DNA of 54,757 nucleotides from an uncultured Candidatus Saccharibacteria bacterium (GCA_964624165.1 CAZUWG010000001.1:41296-96052); one strand, 5' to 3'; counted from the stretch's first letter, positions 16,466 to 24,718 are shown. Translations and numbers: made by a program. The notes: generated by a model not told the origin, from the sequence alone.

Positions 16466-17053
16466 ATGATTGAAGAGGTGAAAGAAGTGACGACAGAAAC
16501 AAAAGCAATGCATATGCTCGAGCAGCATGCTCATGAGCACCGAGCTTTGATATCAAGTGATGCCTTGCGTGTGATTGTACGAGATTTACCAACAGAAGGA
16601 GAACGTATCACAAAACTTGATGAGCTTATCGCCGAGGCCAAAGCTGCCTATCCAAGCGAAGATGGGTGGATTGTCCTCAATCTTGAGCGACTTGAAGCAT
16701 TGCTGAAAGCAGAAACCAGTGCCGTTCTCGATGTAGACAATGCTACCGTAGGGGTAGGTTCGCTCGCTGAGGCGATTGCCCTTGGCGATCTCGAGGCAGC
16801 ATACGTACTCATTGGTCGACGACCAATGCTGGCGTTGGCAGACGCCGCCGCCGACTTTGATGCGCTCTATCGAATGCGCCAAGGCGGTGACGAGCAGGTT
16901 TCTTCATTACTTGTGTCAACACTTGGCAATCGTAGTGATGAAGAAGTGGTGGCGGTTGTAAAGACGCTCACCAGTGCGCTTGACGGCACATACACGACCG
17001 AAGTTGATGCAGTGAAGGTGGCGATTATGAAAGCAGTGCGACTTCTTTCATAG
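16466..17053 (+). CDS. hypothetical acidic helical protein (195 aa from ATG 16466; frame open from 16217)
   Basis: ATG 16466 is preceded by GAGGTG at 6-nt spacing. The same frame is open back to 16217 and overlaps the previous CDS, so it may be the C-terminal part of a frameshifted/split gene (see findings). Confidence 0.45.
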   Translation: MIEEVKEVTTETKAMHMLEQHAHEHRALISSDALRVIVRDLPTEGERITKLDELIAEAKAAYPSEDGWIVLNLERLEALLKAETSAVLDVDNATVGVGSLAEAIALGDLEAAYVLIGRRPMLALADAAADFDALYRMRQGGDEQVSSLLVSTLGNRSDEEVVAVVKTLTSALDGTYTTEVDAVKVAIMKAVRLLS

Positions 17054-17070
17054 GTCAGTGTATAGGATAC

Positions 17071-17104
17071 AAAAGGGCCGGGAGCATTTGCTCCCGGCCC
17101 TTTT
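17071..17104. terminator. bidirectional terminator AAAAGGGCCGGGAGC-attt-GCTCCCGGCCCTTTT
   Basis: 15-bp perfect stem between the convergent 16466..17053 (+) and thrS (-). Confidence 0.75.
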
Positions 17105-17119
17105 CCTGTACGTTGTTTT

Positions 17120-18865
17120 TTACAACACCTTCGTATCAATCTCGGTCAAGAGATGGTTGGCGGCGTGTGAGAGCTCCATCAGCTCCGAGGTGCCGTCTCG
17201 TTTTTCAAGTGTGACTTGCTTTGCCTCGGTCTCTTTATCACCAATCACAATAAAGTATGGAAGTTTGGCTTGCTTCGCGCCTCGTATCTTCTTGCCCATA
17301 CTTTCTTTACTGTCATCGAGTTGGACACGGATTCCGGCAGAATGTAGCGCTTTATGCACCTCGTGCGCGTACTCGTAGTGCACTTCATTGACTGGAATAA
17401 TCGCTACTTGCACCGGCGCCAGCCAGAGTGGGAAGTTGCCACCAAGGTGCTCAAAGAGTACGGCTGCAAAACGCTCGACAGAACCCATGATCGCACAGTG
17501 AATCATAACGATGCGCTCTTTCTCACCTGCTTCGTTGATGCAGGTGAGATCAAAACGCTCAGGGAGATTCATATCAAGCTGGATGGTTGCTACTTGATGT
17601 TCTCGACCAAGTGAGTCTTTGGCCATAAAATCGAGTTTTGGTCCGTACATAGCCGCCTCTCCCGGTGCTTCAAAATATTCCGCGCCACGTTCTTTTGCAA
17701 TGTCGCGCAGTGCGTTTTCGGCGTTGTTCCAGATTTCCTTAGTGCCTAAATATTTTTCCATTTCACTTGGCTCGTGGAAGGAAAGGCGAACAAGTATCTC
17801 TGAAAAGCCGAAGGTGGCGTAGAAGGTGTCGACCATATCCCAGATGCGGAAGAATTCTTCCTTGACCTGACTGTGTCGGCAAAAGACATGGCTATCGTCT
17901 TGCGTGATAGAGAGAACGCGTGTGAGACCACCCAATTCTCCAGATTGTTCGTCTCGATACACCATGGTGGTCTCAGCATAGCGTTGCGGCATATCTCGGT
18001 AGCTGTGAGGTTTGCGATCAAATATCTGTGTGTGATGGGGACAGTTCATCGGTTTTAGAGCGTACTCCTTTCCTTCTCGGGTGGTGATACGAAAGAGCTC
18101 GTCCGCAAATTTATCCCAGTGGCCAGACTTTTGGTAAAGGTCTTTTTTAGTGATGTGGGGGATGGTGACACGTTGGTAACCATTTTTTTCACGAAGTTGC
18201 CAGATGTAGGTATCTAAGAGATGACGTACCAAGCTACCGTCTGGTGTCCAGAGCGGTAAGCCAGCACCGACGAGCTCTGAGAAGGTAAAGAGATCCATTT
18301 CTTTCCCTAGTTTCCGATGGTCGCGTTTTTTGGCTTCTTCAAGCTGAGTGATATAGGCGTCCAGCTCGTCTTTCGTATCAAAAGCCAAACCATAGATACG
18401 TGTAAGCATCGGGTTTTTCTCATCACCGCGCCAATACGCGCCGGCAATTTTGTCGAGCTTAAAGGCGTCGGTATTGAGCTCGTCTTTCGGACGCTCTACG
18501 TGTCCGCCACGGCAGAGGTCGGTAAAACCGCCGGCAGTGTAGAGAGTGATTGTCTCACCTTTGGCCTGGATTTCATCAATAAGCTCAAGCTTAAATTTAT
18601 TATCTGCAAAGTGTTTGCGAGCATCTTCAGCAGATACTTCTACATGAGAAAAAACGTCCCATTTGTTGAGGAGTTTCTTCATGGTTTTTTGAAGTAGTTT
18701 CAGATCGTCTTCGCCAGGCGTCTCTCCTTTGCTAAAGTCGATATCATAATAAAATCCAGTGTCGGTCGCAGGGCCGAGGGTCAGCTTGGCTTGCGGATAA
18801 TGCTCTAAGACCGCCGCCGCTAAGAGGTGGGCCAGGGTGTGTCGCTTATGTTCGAGAGTGTTCAT
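17120..18865 (-). CDS. thrS: threonine--tRNA ligase lacking the N-terminal TGS domain (581 aa)
   Basis: Begins MNTLEHKRHTLAHLLAAAV (second additional/editing domain HxxxH). Class II core and anticodon-binding domain. The 64 upstream codons in the ORF track are a T-box leader. Confidence 0.93.
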   Translation of the reverse strand: MNTLEHKRHTLAHLLAAAVLEHYPQAKLTLGPATDTGFYYDIDFSKGETPGEDDLKLLQKTMKKLLNKWDVFSHVEVSAEDARKHFADNKFKLELIDEIQAKGETITLYTAGGFTDLCRGGHVERPKDELNTDAFKLDKIAGAYWRGDEKNPMLTRIYGLAFDTKDELDAYITQLEEAKKRDHRKLGKEMDLFTFSELVGAGLPLWTPDGSLVRHLLDTYIWQLREKNGYQRVTIPHITKKDLYQKSGHWDKFADELFRITTREGKEYALKPMNCPHHTQIFDRKPHSYRDMPQRYAETTMVYRDEQSGELGGLTRVLSITQDDSHVFCRHSQVKEEFFRIWDMVDTFYATFGFSEILVRLSFHEPSEMEKYLGTKEIWNNAENALRDIAKERGAEYFEAPGEAAMYGPKLDFMAKDSLGREHQVATIQLDMNLPERFDLTCINEAGEKERIVMIHCAIMGSVERFAAVLFEHLGGNFPLWLAPVQVAIIPVNEVHYEYAHEVHKALHSAGIRVQLDDSKESMGKKIRGAKQAKLPYFIVIGDKETEAKQVTLEKRDGTSELMELSHAANHLLTEIDTKVL

Positions 18866-19068
18866 AGTAGAGATAGTATAATTTTTAAAAATAAATAGCC
18901 CGCGCAAAATCCAAAACAACGTTTGAATTTTGCGCGGGCGATCTAGCCGCGGTTCCACCGCGCTTCCAGGATAATCCTGGCACTTGATTGTACAGATTAG
19001 AAGGTGGTTGCCTTGGGCGCGAGATTCGCTAGCGCCCTGACGGTTGGTAGCCATCACAATCTCTGCGT
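18866..19068 (-). promoter_or_regulatory. T-box riboswitch leader (threonine specifier) of thrS
   Basis: On the minus strand: Stem I with candidate specifier ACC+A (19008-19005) and Stem III CCAGGA-uua-UCCUGG (18966-18980). T-box GCGCGG-UGGAACC-GCG..CGC-CCGCGC (~18933-18963) forms a canonical antiterminator with 7-nt bulge. A competing terminator GCCCGCGCAAAAU...AUUUUGCGCGGGC (18898-18939) is followed by a U-run. Confidence 0.75.
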
Positions 19069-19074
19069 CTTTCT

Positions 19075-19102
19075 ATCCTACCGCCAGAACCAAAAATGTC
19101 AA
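19075..19102 (-). promoter_or_regulatory. promoter of the thrS T-box leader (TTGACA-N16-TAGGAT)
   Basis: Read on the minus strand. -35 at 19102-19097, -10 at 19080-19075. Confidence 0.45.
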
Positions 19103-19167
19103 AGGGTAATTATTTGAATACAAAACACTCCGTAAGGCAAGTGCAGTTATTGCGTCATAAAGAGTAT

Positions 19168-20355
19168 ATGAAACAACGCATTTTAGGAGGTCTTTTCGTG
19201 TGTGCGCTTTTAGGTGCGCCGGCGGTTACCAGCGCTTTTGAAGGTAGTGTGGCTGGTTGGGTGCCGTGGTTTAATGAATTACCTGGAGTAGTGAGTACAC
19301 TCAAAAACATCAATACGCTTGATACAGTCTATCCATTTGCATACGAAATAAATACCGCCGGGACGATTGTTGATAAAATGCCAACCAAAATGGACGGTCA
19401 GCTTTGGCCAATCTTAACAGACGTCTATCAATCGCGCGGGATTGAAGTGATTCCGACTATCTCTTGGTTTGATGGTGTGAAGACTCATGAGATTTTAAGT
19501 GATGATCGTAAACGCGATTCACATATTGAAGACATTGTGGATTTGGTTGAGGAAGGTGGTTACGACGGCATCAATATTGATTATGAACAAAAGCTCGCTA
19601 AGACCAGTCCCTACTTTTCAGAGTTTTTGGAAGCACTCAAAGATGAGCTTGGAGACGACCTTTTGCTGACCTGTGCGATTGAAGCGCGTACACCTCCTGA
19701 GTCGCGTTACCGCACCGTGCCAAAAAATATCGAATATGCAAACGACTACAAAGCCATCGGAGAGCATTGTGATCGTGTAGAGATTATGGCGTATGACCAA
19801 CAAAGAGACGATATCAAGCTAAATGAAGCCCGAAGTGGTGTCCCATACATGCCTGTAGCTGATGAAGATTGGGTGGAGAAAGTTCTCAAGCTCACACTTG
19901 AAGACATTCCCGCTGAAAAGATAATGCTTGGGGTGCCCACGTATGGCCGCGCATGGGACGTGACGGTCGCACCAAACTGGTATAAAGACTACACGCGTGT
20001 AGCAAGCCTTAATGTGCCGCGCATTCAAGAGCTCTCAATAAAGTATAAGGCTCCGATTGGACGAGCTGCTGGTGGGGAAGCGGTGATGAGTTATTTTCCT
20101 GAAGGATCGTTTTGGACCATTCTCAATCGACTGCAAACGCCAGCTGGCACACCACGTGGTTATGAAAATGCAGCTAAAGCTCTTCTAGTCGCTACCGCTC
20201 TCGGGCAAGAAGTGCCGGTGCGTTTTGTTGCTTATTCCGATGCGGTTGCAATAGAAGACAAGCTTTCTCTGGTAGAGAAGTATAAACTCAATGGCGTGGC
20301 AGTCTTCAAGATTGATGGCGAAGAAGATCAAGCATTGTGGCCGATGCTGCGATAA
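19168..20355 (+). CDS. secreted glycoside hydrolase family 18-like protein
   Basis: Signal peptide from ATG 19168 (MKQRILGGLFVCALLGAPAVTSA). GH18 catalytic block YDGINIDYE (19564-19587). The alternative ATG 19096 would overlap the thrS promoter. Confidence 0.8.
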   Translation: MKQRILGGLFVCALLGAPAVTSAFEGSVAGWVPWFNELPGVVSTLKNINTLDTVYPFAYEINTAGTIVDKMPTKMDGQLWPILTDVYQSRGIEVIPTISWFDGVKTHEILSDDRKRDSHIEDIVDLVEEGGYDGINIDYEQKLAKTSPYFSEFLEALKDELGDDLLLTCAIEARTPPESRYRTVPKNIEYANDYKAIGEHCDRVEIMAYDQQRDDIKLNEARSGVPYMPVADEDWVEKVLKLTLEDIPAEKIMLGVPTYGRAWDVTVAPNWYKDYTRVASLNVPRIQELSIKYKAPIGRAAGGEAVMSYFPEGSFWTILNRLQTPAGTPRGYENAAKALLVATALGQEVPVRFVAYSDAVAIEDKLSLVEKYKLNGVAVFKIDGEEDQALWPMLR

Positions 20356-20368
20356 TATCAAGCTAGTA

Positions 20369-20397
20369 AAAGCGGTCGACCGAAGGTCGACCGCTTT
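20369..20397. terminator. bidirectional terminator AAAGCGGTCGACC-gaa-GGTCGACCGCTTT
   Basis: 13-bp perfect stem between the convergent GH18 gene (+) and dnaE (-). Confidence 0.65.
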
Positions 20398-20401
20398 ACG
20401 T

Positions 20402-23400
20402 CTAGGTAAGTTGTGTTTTAGGTGTGTTGGCTGGTGCGGCAGTAAAGCCTTTCATTCTATCTACCAAAATGCTCGGTTCGTCGTTTCTTATATTGAGCTT
20501 GCCTTTCACAGCCACGCAGGTGCCGGGTGTAAGTAATTCTTTGCTGGCTTGGTACGTCTCAGGGAAGAGCACCATCTCGATGGCGTCGGTCTTTGACACG
20601 AGACGCACAAAGGCCATGCGGTCGCCTTTTTTGGTTAGGAGCTCACGCACACCGTCGACCATTCCAGCAGTGACGACCGGGATGCCGTTGCGGCCGTCTT
20701 CTTTGATAAGCTTTAGATCGCCACGTTTTTTTAGCTCTGCTTCAAATGCATCCAGCGGGTGTCCAGACACATATACTCCCAAAAGATCACGTTCCCACAA
20801 AAGTTTTTCGGCCATGGTCGCGTCTGGTGCAGGTGCTAATATAAGGTCGTTGACACTACTCTCTACGCCTGCGAATAATGAATCTTGCCCCATCTCAACG
20901 CCGGTCACATGTTCTTTGTTATAAGAAAGGATGTTGTCAATATTGGCGAGAAGTTGGCCTCGTTCACCGAATTCATCCAGTGCCCCTACCATAATCAACG
21001 CTTCCACTGACTTCTTATTTAAATTTCTATCGTGAATACGAGTCAGAAAATCAGTGAGACTTTTAAACGGCCCGTTTTTCTTACGGTCCGTGACAATCGT
21101 ATCGGTAATACCAGCCCCAAAGTTTTTGATAGTAGTGAGTCCGAAACGGATAGTGTCGGTCCCGGGCACTACTGAAAAGTCAGCGAATGATTCATTGATA
21201 TTGGGTGGTAAGACTTCAATCCCCATGCGGTCACACTCGTGAATAATTTCAGCAATTTTTTCGGTGTCGCCTGAGTCGGCAGTGAGGACGGCCGACATGT
21301 ATTCCACAGGATAATTTGCCTTCATATAGGCGGTCTGATAGGCAACCCGTCCGTAGCTGGCGGCGTGCGCTTTATTAAACCCATACGCCGCAAACGGCTC
21401 GATAAGCTTCCATAGCTCGTCGATTTTATTATCATCCATACCATGCTCCTTGAGCCCCTTTACTAGCTTGTCTTTTTCGGCGGCCATTACCTCTGGAATT
21501 TTTTTACCCATCGCTTTACGGAGCTTGTCGGCATCGAGCCACGAATACCCTGCGAGCTCGATTGCAACTATCATCACGTCGTCTTGGTAAGTGATCACTC
21601 CAAACGAGCGGTCAAGAATTTTCTCCATACGTGGATCAAGAAAATGAATCAGGGCTGGGTTGTGCTTACGCTCAATGTAGGTCGGGATCATCTCCATCGG
21701 CCCAGGGCGGTAGAGGGCTACCATCGCGTTGATGTCATGAATACTTGAAGGTTGGAGCTGCTTTAAAAAGGCAGTCATGCCGCCACCTGAGAGCTGGAAG
21801 ACGCCCATTGTTTCGCCACGAGCCAACATTTCAAAGGTTTTTCTATCGTCAAGTGGAATATGCTCGATATCAATAGTAATGTCACGAATTTTTTTTACAC
21901 GCTTTATGGCATCGGCGAGAATTGAGAGGTTGGTGATGCCAAGAAAGTCAAACTTCAAAAGCCCGACCCCGTCTTCGCCGACTGAGTGCATTTCATACTG
22001 AGTAATATATTTGCCGGTCTTTGAGTCGATCTGGATAGGCACGATTTCATTAAGTGGCACCGGAGAGATCACTACACCTGCCGCATGAACTCCAACGTGC
22101 CGAACGCGGCCTTCGATTTTTTGTGCGAGGTCAATAACTTCCTTGCCCTCAGAGTCTTTTTCGTAGAGTTTTTTGAGTTCTGGTTCCATCTCAAGTGCTC
22201 GTGCAATGGTCATCGCAAAGCCTTGGCTGCCCATGGGGATGAGTTTGGCAATTTTGTCGCCAACAGAGTAGGGATGACCAAGTACACGTGATACGTCGCG
22301 CACGGCCGCTCTAGCCATCATGGTACCGAAAGTGCCGATCTGGGCTACTTTATCCTCGCCGTATTTTTGTTTGGCGTACTCGATGATTTCGTCGCGTCGG
22401 TTGTCGGCGTAGTCCATATCGATATCTGGCGCTGATGGACGCTCTGGGTTTAGAAATCGCTCAAAGGGGAGTTTGTACTCAAGAGGATTTACATTGGTGA
22501 TACCAAGGACGTAGGTGGCGAGAGAGCCCGCGACCGAGCCACGGATAGTAGTGAGGATGCCTCGGTCGCGGGCTTCTCGCAACAGATCACCCACCACCAA
22601 GAAATACTTGGCGTAGCCTTTCATTTTGATTACCTCAAGCTCAAACTCAAGGCGCGCTTTTAGCTCTGGATCTTTTGGATCTAGGCCGCGCCAGGCCACT
22701 CCTTCCCAGGCGGTCAGGTGAAGCTCTTCGTCTGGCTCGCGTCCGCTCTCGATGATGTAGTCCGGAAATTTCCACGCCTCTTGCCCAAGCGTAATTTCTA
22801 CGTTACACATTTCAGCAATTTTTACAGTGTTTGTGATTGCTTCGGGGGTATCCTTAAAAAACTCTTTCATCTGCGCAGAGGTGGTAAATGAAAAATCTTC
22901 TGCAATCTCACTTGAGGTGTCGACTGTGCCGCCGCTTTGAATCTTCATCATAGCTTCGCGCGCAACCGCATCACTTTGTCGTAGATAGTAAATATCCTGC
23001 GCTGCTACTAGGGGCACAGCGTGTTCAGTCGCGAGTTGCTTGATAAGCTCTTGCGTTTCCATATGATCGAGTATCTCTGGATGGTGGGTTATTTCAAGAT
23101 AGAGATTATCGCCATAGGTTGCTTTGTACCAGGCGAGTTCTTTTGCGGCTTTATCGAGGTCACCATTTTTAAGGTGCAAGGTCGTCTCGCCAGCGAAAGA
23201 GGGAAGGATGCAGATAAGATCATTGGCGTACGCTGCCAGAAGCTCATGGTCAAGGCGCGGCCGGTAGTAGAAGCCTTCGGTATTGGAAAAGGTAACAAGC
23301 TTGATGAGGTTTTGATAGCCGGCGTTGGTTTTGGCGAGTAAAACGACACGAGCGCGTGGCTTGTCGATCGGGTCCTTATCGTGTCTTGTGCGCGGTGCCA

Positions 23401-23608
23401 AAAAGGCATCAATCCCAATGATTGGCTTAATCCCTTCATCAAGACAAGCTTTTACGTGTTGGATAGCACCGTAGAGAGCGCCGTTGTCGGTAATAGCTAG
23501 GGCAGTTTGTCCGTCGGCCTTGGCTGCTTTGGCGAGCTCTTTACTGGTCGGGATAGCGTTGAGGAGAGAAAACTGTGAGTGGACATGGAGATGGACAAAG
23601 TCAGACAT
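20402..23608 (-). CDS. dnaE: DNA polymerase III alpha subunit
   Basis: N-terminal PHP domain (FVHLHVHSQFSLL), polymerase core (PDIDMDY, GLLKFDFLG), C-terminal OB fold. 1068 aa. Confidence 0.97.
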   Translation of the reverse strand: MSDFVHLHVHSQFSLLNAIPTSKELAKAAKADGQTALAITDNGALYGAIQHVKACLDEGIKPIIGIDAFLAPRTRHDKDPIDKPRARVVLLAKTNAGYQNLIKLVTFSNTEGFYYRPRLDHELLAAYANDLICILPSFAGETTLHLKNGDLDKAAKELAWYKATYGDNLYLEITHHPEILDHMETQELIKQLATEHAVPLVAAQDIYYLRQSDAVAREAMMKIQSGGTVDTSSEIAEDFSFTTSAQMKEFFKDTPEAITNTVKIAEMCNVEITLGQEAWKFPDYIIESGREPDEELHLTAWEGVAWRGLDPKDPELKARLEFELEVIKMKGYAKYFLVVGDLLREARDRGILTTIRGSVAGSLATYVLGITNVNPLEYKLPFERFLNPERPSAPDIDMDYADNRRDEIIEYAKQKYGEDKVAQIGTFGTMMARAAVRDVSRVLGHPYSVGDKIAKLIPMGSQGFAMTIARALEMEPELKKLYEKDSEGKEVIDLAQKIEGRVRHVGVHAAGVVISPVPLNEIVPIQIDSKTGKYITQYEMHSVGEDGVGLLKFDFLGITNLSILADAIKRVKKIRDITIDIEHIPLDDRKTFEMLARGETMGVFQLSGGGMTAFLKQLQPSSIHDINAMVALYRPGPMEMIPTYIERKHNPALIHFLDPRMEKILDRSFGVITYQDDVMIVAIELAGYSWLDADKLRKAMGKKIPEVMAAEKDKLVKGLKEHGMDDNKIDELWKLIEPFAAYGFNKAHAASYGRVAYQTAYMKANYPVEYMSAVLTADSGDTEKIAEIIHECDRMGIEVLPPNINESFADFSVVPGTDTIRFGLTTIKNFGAGITDTIVTDRKKNGPFKSLTDFLTRIHDRNLNKKSVEALIMVGALDEFGERGQLLANIDNILSYNKEHVTGVEMGQDSLFAGVESSVNDLILAPAPDATMAEKLLWERDLLGVYVSGHPLDAFEAELKKRGDLKLIKEDGRNGIPVVTAGMVDGVRELLTKKGDRMAFVRLVSKTDAIEMVLFPETYQASKELLTPGTCVAVKGKLNIRNDEPSILVDRMKGFTAAPANTPKTQLT

Positions 23609-23614
23609 AAGGAC

Positions 23615-23643
23615 AGTATACCACCCGCAAGAACAGCCGACAA
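23615..23643 (-). promoter_or_regulatory. dnaE promoter TTGTCG-N17-(TGg)TATACT ending 6 nt before the ATG
   Basis: Read on the minus strand. The spacing predicts a TSS at or next to the start codon (leaderless). Confidence 0.45.
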
Positions 23644-23671
23644 AATCAGCTTTAGCTGATTTTGTCGACTG
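23634..23671. repeat. 17/18-bp inverted repeat overlapping the dnaE -35 (CAGCCGACAAAATCAGC-ttta-GCTGATTTTGTCGACTG)
   Basis: Read directly, one mismatch. Lies in the dnaE/rnhB divergent region. Confidence 0.6.
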
Positions 23672-23812
23672 TTCCCCTTCGCCTGTCTCACTGTTTTCTC
23701 AAGGGTGCATTTGGCTATTTAGGCTTTTATAGTGCAACCACCCCGGGCTGGCTCCGGTCGCGATGTTTTAAAATAACGTGTTTCCCTGATTTCTGCTACT
23801 AGCACCAAGGAG

Positions 23813-23821
23813 TGTTATACT
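23813..23821 (+). promoter_or_regulatory. extended -10 (TGtTATACT) 11 nt upstream of the rnhB ATG
   Basis: Read directly. No clear -35. Confidence 0.35.
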
Positions 23822-23832
23822 GCAGCATATAT

Positions 23833-24453
23833 ATGGCGTTACAGAAATTACAGCAGAAATATAGTCATCTCGTTGGAGTGGACGAAGCTGGGCGAGGGCC
23901 GTTGGCGGGGCCGGTCGCGGTAGGAGTGGTAAAAGTGCCGATAGATTTTGATTGGGCACTCGTGCCGGGTGTGGGTGATAGTAAACAGCTTTCTGAAAAG
24001 GCGAGAGAAGAAGTGTACGCCGCGGCGAGCGAAGCTCGCCGCGCGGGCGCTCTTAACTGGTCAGTATCACTCGTGAGCGCAGTCGTTATTGATAAAAAAG
24101 GAATTGTACTAGCTGTTACGCTGGCTATGCATCGGTGTTTTAAAAAACTCAGACTTGATGCTAAAGAGGTAGAGGTGAAGCTGGATGGCTCTCTGTCAGC
24201 TCCTTCAGAATACATTCAAGAGACCATTGTCAAAGGTGACGCAAAAGAACCGGTGATTGGCCTAGCGTCAATTGTGGCGAAGGTAACGCGTGATCGGTAT
24301 ATGCGGCGGCGAGCTTCGCTCGCCGCCTTCGCCCCCTATAACTTCGCCACCCACAAAGGCTACGGTACCAAAGATCATTGCCAAGCGATAGCGGAGTACG
24401 GGCTTTCAAGTGAGCATCGCGCCAGCTATTGCAAAAATATAAAATTGTTGTAA
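23833..24453 (+). CDS. rnhB: ribonuclease HII
   Basis: VGVDEAGRGPLAGPVAVG catalytic motif plus the C-terminal HKGYG.. block. ATG 23833 is preferred over GTG 23812. Confidence 0.9.
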   Translation: MALQKLQQKYSHLVGVDEAGRGPLAGPVAVGVVKVPIDFDWALVPGVGDSKQLSEKAREEVYAAASEARRAGALNWSVSLVSAVVIDKKGIVLAVTLAMHRCFKKLRLDAKEVEVKLDGSLSAPSEYIQETIVKGDAKEPVIGLASIVAKVTRDRYMRRRASLAAFAPYNFATHKGYGTKDHCQAIAEYGLSSEHRASYCKNIKLL

Positions 24454-24496
24454 TATCATTTGTCGGCGTCACTTTCGGCGCGTTGTAGGAGGAATC

Positions 24497-24643
24497 ATGC
24501 CAGAAGAATGGAAACAAGTGGTGCGGAGTGATCCGCAGCATAAGATGATGCTGGCGGGCATCGAAGTAGCTGCTGCATATATGACGGCAGCAGAAGCAGT
24601 GCAGAAGAACATGCGCCGCATGTTCTTTCCTTGGTTGGACTGA
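24497..24643 (+). CDS. small hypothetical protein (48 aa), below the ORF-track cutoff
   Basis: AGGAGG lies 4 nt before the ATG. Translation is MPEEWKQVVRSDPQHKMMLAGIEVAAAYMTAAEAVQKNMRRMFFPWLD. Followed by a hairpin and T-run. Confidence 0.4.
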   Translation: MPEEWKQVVRSDPQHKMMLAGIEVAAAYMTAAEAVQKNMRRMFFPWLD

Positions 24644-24669
24644 TAGAAAGGTCCCCGAGAGATATAGAC

Positions 24670-24700
24670 CCACGCCGTCCGCGGCGGGGTTTTCTTTTTT
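24670..24700 (+). terminator. intrinsic terminator (CC-a-CGCCG-tccg-CGGCG-g-GG + TTTTCTTTTTT)
   Basis: Stem with one mismatch followed by a long T-run. Confidence 0.55.
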
Positions 24701-24709
24701 GTATTACTG

Positions 24710-24718
24710 TGATATAAT
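24710..24718 (+). promoter_or_regulatory. extended -10 TGaTATAAT
   Basis: Consensus -10 with TGn, directly after the preceding terminator. Starts a ~400-nt unit ending at the 25072-25118 terminator. Confidence 0.45.

Noticed and set aside
18866-18881. TATACT 9 nt upstream of the thrS ATG as a T-box-bypassing leaderless promoter
   Set aside because: The -35 position falls in the GC-rich terminator stem (GCGGGC). It is most likely a chance hexamer in the AT-rich post-terminator tract.
18866-19057. 64-codon N-terminal extension of thrS in the ORF track (MMATNRQGASES...)
   Set aside because: The stretch folds as a T-box leader with terminator and U-run. The conserved ThrRS sequence begins at ATG 18865, and the extension is Arg/Cys/Gln-rich nonsense.
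19096-19167. ATG 19096 start for the GH18 gene
   Set aside because: It overlaps the -35 of the divergent thrS leader promoter. ATG 19168 begins a typical signal peptide.
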